The notes beneath the pieces are model-generated. The model had not been told where the DNA came from, ran no database searches, and saw only the letters and a program-made list of their open reading frames with translations. Made by a program: the position numbers and the translations under genes. This document shows, in pieces, positions 63,185-64,000 of a stretch of 64,000 nt of DNA. Origin of the DNA: Tubiluchus corallicola (lineage: Eukaryota > Animalia > Priapulida); NCBI GenBank assembly GCA_030141605.1, contig JAQGDQ010000215.1, positions 186,001 to 250,000 of the forward strand, given 5' to 3'. Numbering within the stretch: position 1 is the stretch's first letter; the number at the start of each line of letters is the position of its first letter.

Positions 63185-64000
63185 TTAACTTAGCAATTCA
63201 ATATTCTAAAATTAGTAGCTGATTTTTCAACGTGAGCAGCTTTTTTTGGACGAATAAACTTTGTAATGAAGCCCTAAATTTCGGTTATTACTTTCAATGA
63301 GATCAATGCCAGTAAAATTAGGTGAACTTCAAGGAAGGATAACCTTTCTTTAGAACTGACAGATAAAAACTACGTTTTCTGAGCAAAACTATCTGTCAGT
63401 TGCATAGAAAGGCTGCACTTGCTTATATTTCTTCTAATTTTGCTGAAACGCTGGAAGATAATACTTCATTTGATTTAGCTTGGATGAGAGAGATTATAAA
63501 TCAAATCAATTCAAATGAGTTTCCTTCTGAAAGCTTTAAAGTAAATCATGGGGCACAATTATCGATTCTCCACGGATAGTTGTGTGAAGGCTGAGATTAG
63601 AACAAATTACCATTCGTCAAATTTGCATTCTGAAGAGCAAGAAGGCTCTCCGTACCGTGCTTGCTGGTCTTCAGAACTAGGCCTATATACTGACCCTGTT
63701 TTATTCGTGCAAGCAGTGAAGCCTTTACTCAGCTAGTGGCGTGATAATCACGGTACCATTAATAATAATTACAGACTACACGATAAGGCTCTGCCATAAT
63801 TGCAGACATCTCCAGGGTATATGGTTCGCATCTTCTCTTACGTCAATAATTTATGATCAATTAAGTTGGCATTAGATTTTCAGGCAAGAGCGCGAGAAGC
63901 AAGATGAAACGTGATATTGATACAAAGTAGGTTAAATTAATAATATTTTATTATAAATCGCTTTATACTACTTAACAGAAACGATATTGACTAAAACGTC

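Overview
AT-rich, intron-rich animal (invertebrate-like) genomic DNA, not prokaryotic; most listed ORFs are exon read-throughs or repeat artefacts. The window holds two multi-exon genes, both 5'-truncated and arranged tail-to-tail. (1) On the + strand, the 3' half of a polycystin-1 (PKD1-type) gene: 22 exons from 525 to the stop at 22497, reconstructed by hand with consistent GT-AG sites and phases. It covers TM3, a much expanded cytoplasmic loop, TM4-5, the TOP/polycystin channel domain and a long C-tail. (2) On the - strand, a tweety-family (TTYH) gene: 14 exons from 61608 to the stop at 31313, with the first coding exon not found in the window. Between the genes lie a ~2.2 kb 32-bp satellite and a probable long tweety 3' UTR. 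Introns contain many non-autonomous DNA transposons (three TTAA-flanked Kolobok-like families, hAT-like and pogo/Tigger-like MITEs, a foldback element, a TIR element with a 167-bp array), two tRNA-derived SINEs and mini/microsatellites. Best leads: frame-preserving tandem duplications of real splice sites that carry in-frame stops in both genes; a PKD1 loop built from repeated RPx[S/T] and SWD motifs; nested inverted transposon pairs around tweety exons; a perfect X-box just after the tweety stop codon. No CRISPR or other clearly novel multi-gene system is supported. All family assignments are from remembered motifs, not database searches.
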